Position numbers and translations under genes: made by a program
Notes under the pieces: generated by a model
What the model saw: only the letters and a program-made list of their open reading frames with translations
The model's database searches: none
Told to the model about the DNA's origin: nothing
Virus record (IMG/VR): IMGVR_UViG_3300044513_000463
Location: 1 to 25,923 of that record
Source of the DNA: a virus
Lineage: Duplodnaviria > Caudoviricetes
Length of the DNA: 25,923 nt
Reading direction: 5' to 3' (one strand)
Shown here: piece by piece, positions 1 through 7,470 of the stretch
Position numbering within the stretch: the stretch's first letter is position 1
Layout of the letters: each line of letters opens with the position of its first letter

Positions 1-572
1 ACAGAAGCAGAGAATGCTGAATCGTAGTTGATGTCAGACATAGATGCCAATGAAGCAGTTACACAAGAAGCTTCAGCTACAACAGATGATGTAGTGTTGA
101 TAGTGTAACCGAAACGACCAGCACCATAAAGACCTTCAGAAGCGTCATTTGCAGTTTCGGTGATACCGAATACAGAATCAGTTTGTGAGTCTTTACCAGC
201 ACCTGTTTCAAATCCTGGCTGACCAGCAGTACCATACTTGAAATCCAAGTAGAATACAAGACCAGAAGGCAAGTTCATAGGTTGTACAGAAACGAATTCT
301 TTAGCAGCGATTTCGCTGAAAATTCTTCGTACTAATGGAAGAGCGACACCAGCCCACTCTTCAGAGTTTGCAGAAGTACCTGTGCTTGAAGCTTCAGATA
401 CTAATTGTTTTGCTTGGTTTTCCAACAATGTAGCGATACCGGCTCTTTCGAAATCAGCAGTGATTCCTTCTAAAAGACCAGTTTTTTCCCACTTTGAAAC
501 AAGGCCTTTAGCCTCTTCGTTCATTTTCTTGTTGAAACCAGCAGATTCGTTTAATAATGAATTTGTGTTCAT
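1..572 (-). CDS. gp23: Major capsid protein, T4 gp23-like (5' part; runs off the window)
   Basis: Not in the ORF track. Manual translation from ATG at 572 gives MNTNSLLNESAGFNKKMNEEAKGLVSKWEKTGLLEG...LLENQAKQL...LPLVRRIFSEIAAKEFVSVQPMNLPSGLVFYLDFKYG. KW..LLEG, LENQ, LVRR and VQPM..P.GLVF are gp23-family hallmarks. SD-like AAGGA at 581-585. Confidence 0.95.
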   Translation of the reverse strand, partial: MNTNSLLNESAGFNKKMNEEAKGLVSKWEKTGLLEGITADFERAGIATLLENQAKQLVSEASSTGTSANSEEWAGVALPLVRRIFSEIAAKEFVSVQPMNLPSGLVFYLDFKYGTAGQPGFETGAGKDSQTDSVFGITETANDASEGLYGAGRFGYTINTTSSVVAEASCVTASLASMSDINYDSAFSAS

Positions 573-601
573 CTTATTAATCCTTTTCTTTAGGTTTAAA
601 A

Positions 602-1672
602 TTATTTAATTAGACCAGCTAACTTCTTAAATCTATCAGCAACCAAGTTTCCTTCAGAAATAATTTCTTTCTTCGGTGCACTTGACTTCATAGGCTTAGA
701 AGCGAGTGATTCTTTTACAACAGCTTTTGGCTTTTTAGCAACATTCAAGTTCTCACCTAATGTAGCGAATACCAATTTTACTTCTCTCAAAGATGCAGCT
801 CTATCGAAGTTTTCGATGACCTTCATTTTTTGACCTTCGTTCAAATCAAAAGTTCTGAACAACTTGTTAGTGTAAAGAAGTTTAGCATTCAAAAGATTTA
901 CCTCGTTGATAGTGCTTCTCAAAGATTCGATAGTTTTGTATGCTTCTTCCAATTCGGCAGCTGCATCTTCTTCATCTTCTTCTTCGGTTACCACTTCTTC
1001 AACAGCTTCTTCTTCATCAGCCATTTCTTTCAATGTAGCGATGATTTCATCCAAAGATAGTTCTTCATCAAGGTCTTCACCTTCTTCACCTTCTTCACCT
1101 TCTTCGTACATTTCTTCAGTAGCTTCTTCTTCTTCAGATACTTCTTCAGCATCTTCTTCTTCAGAAACTTCTTCAGCTTCTTCATCACCTAAAGCAGCTT
1201 CCAATTCAGCGATTACTGATTCAAGGTCGAGTTCATCTTCCTCTTCATCCATCATCTCTTCTTCTTCAGATACTTCATCATCTTCTGATTCGTAAGTTTC
1301 TTCAACTTCATCTTCTTCAGATACTTCTTCTTCAGAATGCATTTCCTCTTCGTGAGACTCAATTTCATCGGAAGCGATATCAGATACCTCTTCTTCTTCA
1401 TCTGCGTCTAACTCTTCTTCAACTTCATCTTCCATTGAATCTTCAGCAGGCAAATCCATTTCATCTTCTGGGCTCATATCAGTAGCCATAGAATCTTCCA
1501 TTTCATCTTCTACTTCTTCTTCATCATCTAACTCTTCAGCGAGTTTATGAGAAAGCATAGATTGAAGTTTTGGAGTGAATGCCTCTTCGAGAGCCATCTT
1601 TGCGTTTGCTAATGCAGTTTCCTTTACGGCCTTGGCGTCAGCAATTGCTTCTTTTAACAAATCTGATTTCAT
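602..1672 (-). CDS. Prohead core scaffolding protein (gp22-like)
   Basis: 356 aa with a very E/D-rich centre and coiled-coil C-terminus ending RFKKLAGLIK. Lies immediately upstream of the MCP. SD AGGAG at 1680-1684. Confidence 0.8.
   Translation of the reverse strand: MKSDLLKEAIADAKAVKETALANAKMALEEAFTPKLQSMLSHKLAEELDDEEEVEDEMEDSMATDMSPEDEMDLPAEDSMEDEVEEELDADEEEEVSDIASDEIESHEEEMHSEEEVSEEDEVEETYESEDDEVSEEEEMMDEEEDELDLESVIAELEAALGDEEAEEVSEEEDAEEVSEEEEATEEMYEEGEEGEEGEDLDEELSLDEIIATLKEMADEEEAVEEVVTEEEDEEDAAAELEEAYKTIESLRSTINEVNLLNAKLLYTNKLFRTFDLNEGQKMKVIENFDRAASLREVKLVFATLGENLNVAKKPKAVVKESLASKPMKSSAPKKEIISEGNLVADRFKKLAGLIK
1121..1340 (-). repeat. Low-complexity coding repeats (EEVSEEE-like units) in the scaffold
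   Basis: Near-copies of tcttcttcagatacttcttc on the + strand encode EEVSEEE/DEVSEEE. Confidence 0.7.
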
Positions 1673-1702
1673 TTGTTATCTCCTAAATTAACTTTTGGAT
1701 AA

Positions 1703-1769
1703 TAAGATTATTGGGAATCTTAATAGAATATAAATTTCAATAATGTAAATCACTCATTAAGGGAGTGAT
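1703..1769 (-). promoter_or_regulatory. Two 7-bp stem-loops in the leader of the scaffold-MCP transcript
   Basis: taagatt (1703-1709) pairs with aatctta (1716-1722); atcactc (1749-1755) pairs with gagtgat (1763-1769). Both lie between the promoter-like motif at 1777-1786 and the scaffold SD. Confidence 0.5.
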
Positions 1770-1776
1770 ATTTTTC

Positions 1777-1786
1777 TAATAAATAT
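1777..1786 (-). promoter_or_regulatory. Putative late promoter motif (ATATTTATTA)
   Basis: Copy of the recurring sense-strand TATTTAT[AT] motif, upstream of scaffold/MCP. Confidence 0.55.
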
Positions 1787-1820
1787 GGGACTTTTTTTTG
1801 AAACGATAGAGTGTTTACTA

Positions 1821-2069
1821 TTAATAGTCTTCTCTTCTTCTACGAACCCAGTCAGCTCTTCGAGCATCGTTCATTTTCTTTCTCTTACGAGTAGTCGGTT
1901 TAGTGTACTCACGATTTTGTTTTACATAGTCAATAATTCCACTATCTTTCATCATTCGTTTCCACTTACGCAGTGCTGCCTCAACATTACCATTGATAAC
2001 CTTCACACCATTTGCGTGACCATAGAGGAATAACTCCTCTCTTTCTTTTCTAACTTTTTGTTCTGCCAT
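1821..2069 (-). CDS. rpsU: Phage-encoded 30S ribosomal protein bS21 homolog
   Basis: 82-aa basic protein with VKV..GNVEAALRKWKRMMKDSGII..VKQNREYTKPTTRKR, matching the bS21 pattern (ALRRFKR...G...R..YEKP...R). Located in the head gene cluster. Confidence 0.88.
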   Translation of the reverse strand: MAEQKVRKEREELFLYGHANGVKVINGNVEAALRKWKRMMKDSGIIDYVKQNREYTKPTTRKRKKMNDARRADWVRRRREDY

Positions 2070-2090
2070 ATATAACTTTTTTACAAAATA

Positions 2091-2121
2091 AAACGGACAT
2101 CACTTATCGTAACATCCGTTT
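2091..2121 (-). terminator. 13-bp RNA hairpin plus U-rich tail upstream of bS21 (terminator, attenuator or leader)
   Basis: Minus strand reads AAACGGAUGUUAC-GAUAA-GUGAUGUCCGUUU followed by UAUUUUGU. Three G-U pairs form only on the minus-strand RNA. Confidence 0.55.
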
Positions 2122-2128
2122 ATAAATA
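2121..2128 (-). promoter_or_regulatory. Putative late promoter motif (TATTTATA)
   Basis: Exact motif about 50 nt upstream of the bS21 start. Confidence 0.55.
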
Positions 2129-2140
2129 GTTTGAAATAAA

Positions 2141-3466
2141 TTAATCAAGATAATAATAATCAATATGTTTATCAGATATTAACTTTTGCCTTATTCGTTC
2201 AGATGACATATTAAAATAGGTTGCAGCTTCTTGTATAGAGGTAAATGCCTTACCACCACAACTAATAGTATCAAGCTCAAGTCTTATTTTATTGTCCCAG
2301 GTGGATTCCATTTCAATATAAGATATATTATATTTGGTTGGTTCTGCTAATTTCCAATGCTTCCAATTTTTAGATGATGAATTTATCCAAGTGCGTATCT
2401 GACTTGTTGATACGTTACCATTAAAATACTCGAATATTTGATTTATAGATTGAAATAACACACCATCGATATTGTATTTTATCTGGGGATGTTTAATATC
2501 CCCGATAATGTTCCAATTTCTATATTTATACTTGGTAGACTGACATCTACGTTTCACTTCACTTGCTACAAGTTTGTTTGGTTCTATGTCAATTGCAGCC
2601 TCTCTGAAAGACTTATATTGTTTACCCTCTATATCACACACATATGTACCATCCCATTGTATATCTTCAGTAGCTAAATCAGGATTACCTTTTACAAACA
2701 TCAAAACATTCTGATGGGTTGATGCTACCTTTCTATTACGATTGAAGTATACATTAGACATTCTACCAGATTGTTGTGATGAGTTTATTAGTACCACATC
2801 ATTGTAGTAGTGGAATCCACAATCTTCTGCTATTTGTATTGTAGATGGGACAAACCCCTTATACTTACCAATCTTATAGTTACCAGTAGTAAGTCTATCT
2901 CGTATTTCAGTTACCACAATAATAAAGAACCGATTATCTTTCAGTTTATCATATGACTTTTGAATGATTGATTTGTATTTTGTTAGGAACTCATCCCAAG
3001 ACATATTAGATAGGTCATTGGGATTGTCTGAATATATCTCCAGGTCGTGGTATGGTGGACAGGTGAATATCAAATCGTATTGACTATCTAAAGTGTCTAA
3101 CACCACATCACTATCACCACATATCCAAGTTGGTTTACTTGATTGTAGTTGATTAGCATCTACTTGCTCTTGTGATAATTCTATACCTGTATAGCTAAAA
3201 CCAAGTTCTTCCGCTACTATACCTCTAACCGAACCACCTGCGAATGGGTCAAGGACTGAACCACTTGGTGGTATAAAGGATGTATACATATCCTCACATA
3301 ACTTAGCATCAAATATGGATACTGTCGTATCATCCCAAAACTTTGATGTTGATATTGTATTCTCTCTACCAAGTTCGGATTGAATGCCATACTTTTGTAT
3401 CCACCAACGCTTCCTATCCTGCCACTCCTTTTTTCTTGTATCTAATACTGATAAAATTCCACTCAT
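2141..3466 (-). CDS. Orphan DNA amino-methyltransferase (N4-C/N6-A type) with C-terminal NUMOD1-like HTH repeats
   Basis: SAM-binding LDPFAGGSVRG precedes catalytic TCPPY. Three C-terminal repeats: GKQYKSFREAA, GVLFQSINQIF, GKAFTSIQEAA. ATG at 3466 is preferred over the TTG at 3502, which lies inside a hairpin. Confidence 0.8.
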   Translation of the reverse strand: MSGILSVLDTRKKEWQDRKRWWIQKYGIQSELGRENTISTSKFWDDTTVSIFDAKLCEDMYTSFIPPSGSVLDPFAGGSVRGIVAEELGFSYTGIELSQEQVDANQLQSSKPTWICGDSDVVLDTLDSQYDLIFTCPPYHDLEIYSDNPNDLSNMSWDEFLTKYKSIIQKSYDKLKDNRFFIIVVTEIRDRLTTGNYKIGKYKGFVPSTIQIAEDCGFHYYNDVVLINSSQQSGRMSNVYFNRNRKVASTHQNVLMFVKGNPDLATEDIQWDGTYVCDIEGKQYKSFREAAIDIEPNKLVASEVKRRCQSTKYKYRNWNIIGDIKHPQIKYNIDGVLFQSINQIFEYFNGNVSTSQIRTWINSSSKNWKHWKLAEPTKYNISYIEMESTWDNKIRLELDTISCGGKAFTSIQEAATYFNMSSERIRQKLISDKHIDYYYLD

Positions 3467-3480
3467 AAATATTAATATAC

Positions 3481-3508
3481 AAAAAAGGTTTGGAATAACC
3501 AAACCTTT
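3481..3508 (-). terminator. Rho-independent terminator-like hairpin
   Basis: Perfect 10-bp stem aaaggtttgg (3484-3493) / ccaaaccttt (3499-3508) with a 5-nt loop, followed by a T-run on the minus strand, just after the 3532 stop. Confidence 0.65.
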
Positions 3509-3531
3509 CTTAAAATTATTGTATGCAAGAC

Positions 3532-3954
3532 TTACTCTCCTGGAAAATAGTCCATATTATCGATGTATTTTGATTCAATACTGGCTAAGTTTTTTCTATA
3601 ACCCGTTAACTGTTTTTGATTTTGTTTCATCAGTTCTAATTGAGATTTGGCAGTTTTCATATCACCTTTTGACCGTGCATCAAAGTATGGTTGTGCCAAT
3701 TCCTTCTGCTTTTCTTCAAGTTCTTTTATTTTTTTTATAACAGCTCTATACTTAACATACATTTTTGGAACTCGACTTTCATTAACCGATTCATTAGTAG
3801 TTGATAAATTATCTAAACCTTCTTTAAAATCACCAATTAGATTTCCCAACTCTCTTTGAGTTTTTGGGTCAAGTTTTTTGATGTCTTTAATATGTTGTTT
3901 AATTACTTTAGAAACATCAACTGAAAAGTTTTGTAGGATTCTCATCTTATCCAT
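3532..3954 (-). CDS. Hypothetical two-module protein, probable internal head protein
   Basis: 140 aa; two helical halves joined by TNESVNES. TAATG-coupled to the upstream gene; SD-like TAAGGTG at 3960-3966. Confidence 0.7.
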   Translation of the reverse strand: MDKMRILQNFSVDVSKVIKQHIKDIKKLDPKTQRELGNLIGDFKEGLDNLSTTNESVNESRVPKMYVKYRAVIKKIKELEEKQKELAQPYFDARSKGDMKTAKSQLELMKQNQKQLTGYRKNLASIESKYIDNMDYFPGE

Positions 3955-5273
3955 TACTTCACCTTACCCTTTTCGATATCTCTTTCCAATTCTTGACCAG
4001 CACCGAGTACATATCCCATAGCAGTTTTGATATCAACATTCATATATTTAGCAATCTTTCTAACTGCCATCAGTACGATTCTCTTTTCTTCAGTAGAGTA
4101 TCCTTCGTTTACCGATTCATCAGATTGAATTTCTTCCAAGCTTTTTTTCATCTTGATTAATTTTGATGATGGTAACTCACCAAATCCAAAAGATTCGTTT
4201 AATAATGATTTTAATTTCATTGTGCTTCCTTCGTTTACCGATTGTTCTACTTGTTCAAAATAAAGGTCAGACATAATGTCTTTGAGTTTTGGATTCTTAA
4301 CATCAAAGTTAAACTTTTCCAATGCTCTTCTTGCTTTCAAAGCGTTCTTTACTGGAATTACAAAGTATCCAGCTTTTTCACCACCCATTTTCTTGGCAAG
4401 TTTTGCGGCCTGGTCTTTCATACCCTGACCCATTACATTACCATTCTTTGGATTAACAACCGTGTACTTTGATTCGTTGATTGACTCTTGAATTGATTCC
4501 ATCAATCCGATTGCAGTATCACCAACAACTCTCTCAGCACCATCTGCATATTTGTTATTTAGAATTGCAATCTTAACCGGCTTATCGATTATATACATTG
4601 GTATCATATTAGTACCAAATGAATATTTGATTCCGTTTGATTTCAACTCTTTACCAATATCCATAAATGACTTAGCACCTTTTACGATGTCAGCAAGTTT
4701 GTCTAATATAGCGTCGTGTTTACCTTCGTTAACTGATTCTTTAGCGAAGTCTTTTGCGTTCTCCTTGTCTTCAGCATCTACATCTTTGACTGGAAACTTT
4801 TTACCACCAACTTCAAACTCATCATCACCAGCAGCGATTGCTTTTGCTCTTTCAGCACCAAACTCATTTCCTTCTTTGATTTCGTAGTATTTACCAAGAA
4901 CTTCACCCATCTCATCGTAACAAGACTCAAGTCTTTGTTGTAGGGTGTTTACTTCTTTGATAGTATTAGAGAAAACCTTGAATGATTCGTTCATAGACTT
5001 CATATGTCTATTCACAGTTACTTTGTCAAACCAATCGCCGGTTTCTTCAAGAGTTACTTTGTGTGCAGTCTCTACGATACCTTTGATAGATTCGTATACT
5101 TCAGCCAAGTTACCTGAACGATAGATAGACTCACCAAATTTCTTGTATTCAGAAACTGCCTTGAGGAATTCTCTTTTTTCCTCGTTAGTCATTCCCTTTT
5201 CTTCTTCCTCACCAACATTCATTCTTTTATAAGAAAGGTGTTGAGACTCATTTAGGATATCTTTTAAATTCAT
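3954..5273 (-). CDS. Modular hypothetical protein, probable protease-processed internal head polyprotein
   Basis: 439 aa; leader MNLKDILNE; internal ESVNE, ESINE, QSVNE, LLNE and ESVNE. TAATG-coupled to the prohead protease; GGAG at 5281-5284. Confidence 0.75.
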   Translation of the reverse strand: MNLKDILNESQHLSYKRMNVGEEEEKGMTNEEKREFLKAVSEYKKFGESIYRSGNLAEVYESIKGIVETAHKVTLEETGDWFDKVTVNRHMKSMNESFKVFSNTIKEVNTLQQRLESCYDEMGEVLGKYYEIKEGNEFGAERAKAIAAGDDEFEVGGKKFPVKDVDAEDKENAKDFAKESVNEGKHDAILDKLADIVKGAKSFMDIGKELKSNGIKYSFGTNMIPMYIIDKPVKIAILNNKYADGAERVVGDTAIGLMESIQESINESKYTVVNPKNGNVMGQGMKDQAAKLAKKMGGEKAGYFVIPVKNALKARRALEKFNFDVKNPKLKDIMSDLYFEQVEQSVNEGSTMKLKSLLNESFGFGELPSSKLIKMKKSLEEIQSDESVNEGYSTEEKRIVLMAVRKIAKYMNVDIKTAMGYVLGAGQELERDIEKGKVK

Positions 5274-5914
5274 TATTTTACTCCAAAATCACATTCACAA
5301 TACCCACCAACCTCACAAATGATATCTCTCATTAGGTTGTTAGCTTTTGTGTATTTATAAGTATTCTTTTTTGTTGTAACCGACTCATTAATTACACTTT
5401 CATTTGTTGGAGAAAGAAATGCTCCGTGAGTTGATGGGTTAGAAACAAAGTCCCAACAAATCAAATCAAAGTCTTGTTCTACTGCAACAGTGTCTTCACC
5501 AATTTGTTTTACCGAACCCATACCTCTTGATGAGATACCAACAGTACAACCTGCTTTAATCAACTCTTTGAGGATGTTACCAACCGGAGTGTTTAGAATT
5601 TCAACTACACCAATTACATCATCACCCTTCCAATATACATCACGAACAATATGTGATGTGTTCTTCAATTCTACAACTGAAGATTCTGGATGGTCAAGTT
5701 CACCATATGCTCGGTTCTCTTTGATTTCACGACCTTTGTATTTGGTAACTTCTCTTTCAAGAATGTTTCTTGGATATACACGGCCATTTTGGTTTTTAGC
5801 GTTAGCTCTTTGCAATACGCCACTAACCAAGAGTCTTCCGTGTTTCTCCTGAGCTTCTTGTAACATAGTAGGTGTTACTTCGAATATCATTGTATCAATG
5901 AGAAGTTGTTTCAT
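5273..5914 (-). CDS. gp21: Prohead core protease, T4 gp21-like
   Basis: Motifs NQNGRVYP, GELDHP, GISSRGMGS and DFVSNPS. Start set at ATG 5914 (TAATG overlap; GGGAG at 5920-5924). Confidence 0.93.
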   Translation of the reverse strand: MKQLLIDTMIFEVTPTMLQEAQEKHGRLLVSGVLQRANAKNQNGRVYPRNILEREVTKYKGREIKENRAYGELDHPESSVVELKNTSHIVRDVYWKGDDVIGVVEILNTPVGNILKELIKAGCTVGISSRGMGSVKQIGEDTVAVEQDFDLICWDFVSNPSTHGAFLSPTNESVINESVTTKKNTYKYTKANNLMRDIICEVGGYCECDFGVK

Positions 5915-6054
5915 TAGTTCTCCCAAACCTTTTTCTTTCTATATAAATCAAAGAAAACTCTGGCCAATTCTCTACGAATCATCAATCTGATGTCTTCGAG
6001 GTCTTGAATATCAAGGTCTTCATTCAATTTATTTTTATTACATCCACACGACAT
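5914..6054 (-). CDS. Small hypothetical protein (46 aa), missing from the ORF track
   Basis: MSCGCNKNKLNEDLDIQDLEDIRLMIRRELARVFFDLYRKKKVWEN* fills the gap exactly: ATG 1 nt after the upstream TAA, and its TAA overlaps the gp21 ATG. Confidence 0.75.
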   Translation of the reverse strand: MSCGCNKNKLNEDLDIQDLEDIRLMIRRELARVFFDLYRKKKVWEN

Positions 6055-6055
6055 A

Positions 6056-6583
6056 TTATGCACTCAATTCTTTTAATTTGTGAGCAACTTTTAACATTCT
6101 TTCAGAAATCTTTCCAAATCTCTTTTGTGTAGATTTCCAATATTGACCATTATGTACACCAGTCTCGTTCTTCAACTTTGTATTCTGATTAACGATTTTC
6201 TCAACCTCATACATCAATCTATTGATTTCTTTGATTGAGGTGTTAACCTTTTGGTGTGCCTTCATAGAGTCATCGTTCTTGTAATCACGGTAAGTTGCTT
6301 CAATTAGTTTTTCAAGTCTGTCTTCTAATTTCTTCATACTCTTTGACTCCGTATTTATTTTGGTCTTCTTGGCTTTTTTATAACCCAATACTTCAATGTG
6401 GTCTGTATCTAAATCATCCTCATCTTTACTTTTAGAAAAAGCGTTTGGTGTTTTAGGAGGACCAGCACCCCCATCCATATTACCAGTTACATTGGCCTCA
6501 TCAATTTCCTCATCTTGAAGAGTTTCCTTTGCTTCCATCTCTTCAAATTTAGCTTCTAATTGTTCTAATAAAAATTTAGACAT
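6056..6583 (-). CDS. Hypothetical protein, probable prohead core component
   Basis: 175 aa between portal and protease (the T4 gp67/gp68 position). SD TAAGGAG at 6592-6598; 8-nt overlap with the upstream gene. Confidence 0.7.
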   Translation of the reverse strand: MSKFLLEQLEAKFEEMEAKETLQDEEIDEANVTGNMDGGAGPPKTPNAFSKSKDEDDLDTDHIEVLGYKKAKKTKINTESKSMKKLEDRLEKLIEATYRDYKNDDSMKAHQKVNTSIKEINRLMYEVEKIVNQNTKLKNETGVHNGQYWKSTQKRFGKISERMLKVAHKLKELSA

Positions 6584-7421
6584 TTGAAACTCTCCTTAAC
6601 TCTTGTAAAAGTTCGTGGTATCTTAAAAGTGAAAGAATCTGATTTTCGTTGATAACTTTGGAATTAGCAATATTGTCAATAAGGTTGATAGTTTCGTTCA
6701 ACTTGATTGATGCAACTTTATCAGAAATTTTTACTTTTGAGAATTCAGTTTTAATTTTCTTAACCTCTGACATAACAAAAGTTCTCAACTTACCAGAATT
6801 ATCAACATTGTTGATGTAGGTACGAAGAATCTTCTTTTGCGTTTCTGAAAGGTTTGTGTATTTTGAATTAAACGAATCTACCAAGAATTTGTAAGCCAGC
6901 ATACGAACCTCTTTAGGTTGTGATGTGTATTCTTTGTCAGAAGACTCGGTTACGATTTCTACATCAGCTTTAGTGATGGTTTCGAGAATAGTATTTTTAC
7001 AAGTAACATACTCTTTTGGAGATGAAGATTGATTGTATTCAAATAATTTAAATACCGATGCCATCTCACGATAATTTGATACACGATACTTAAAGAAATC
7101 TTCCATAACAAAAGATTCTTTGATTGACTTAATCAAGTTATACTTTTGTCTACGAAGAATTGTTTCGTTCAAACTTACTCTCTCTTGTAGAATGATATTA
7201 ACAAACTCTTGAGCCTTGTATTGTGAATCAAAGTTTTCTTTTGTCAAGGACTGATACAACTTTAACTCTTTGTTAAGTTCAGTTCCTTTTTTAAAGTGTT
7301 TTTTGATAATCTCAAGGGCAAGAGAATCTTTGTTCGCTAATGTATCAGAAGCGATTTGTCGTACAAGTAATTCAAATAAAATACCTGTATTCTTAAATTT
7401 ACTATGTTTAAGTTTAGTCAT
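6576..7421 (-). CDS. Hypothetical helical protein, probable head-morphogenesis protein
   Basis: 281-aa ORF (KHSKFKNTGILFELLVRQI...) directly after portal. No catalytic motif recognised. Confidence 0.7.
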   Translation of the reverse strand: MTKLKHSKFKNTGILFELLVRQIASDTLANKDSLALEIIKKHFKKGTELNKELKLYQSLTKENFDSQYKAQEFVNIILQERVSLNETILRRQKYNLIKSIKESFVMEDFFKYRVSNYREMASVFKLFEYNQSSSPKEYVTCKNTILETITKADVEIVTESSDKEYTSQPKEVRMLAYKFLVDSFNSKYTNLSETQKKILRTYINNVDNSGKLRTFVMSEVKKIKTEFSKVKISDKVASIKLNETINLIDNIANSKVINENQILSLLRYHELLQELRRVSNV

Positions 7422-7449
7422 CTTAAACCTTATCTATTACTATTCCAAT

Positions 7450-7461
7450 TAATAAATATAC
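7450..7461 (-). promoter_or_regulatory. Putative late promoter motif (GTATATTTATTA)
   Basis: Motif in the 49-nt gap between portal and the 7421 gene. Confidence 0.55.
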
Positions 7462-7470
7462 AAAAACTCA

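Noticed and set aside
77-609. Track ORFs 77-259 (-) and 382-609 (+)
   Set aside because: They overlap the real MCP frame (572 to the window edge), which has clear gp23 motifs.
906-1295. Ser-rich plus-strand ORF (and 830-1060)
   Set aside because: Antisense shadow of the GAA/GAT-rich scaffold gene.
3467-3502. Longer TTG start for the methyltransferase
   Set aside because: The extension runs through the terminator hairpin and promoter-like sequence; ATG 3466 is more plausible.
5915-5926. TTG start for gp21 at 5926
   Set aside because: This stretch contains the SD and the end of the 46-aa gene; the TAATG-coupled ATG at 5914 fits better.
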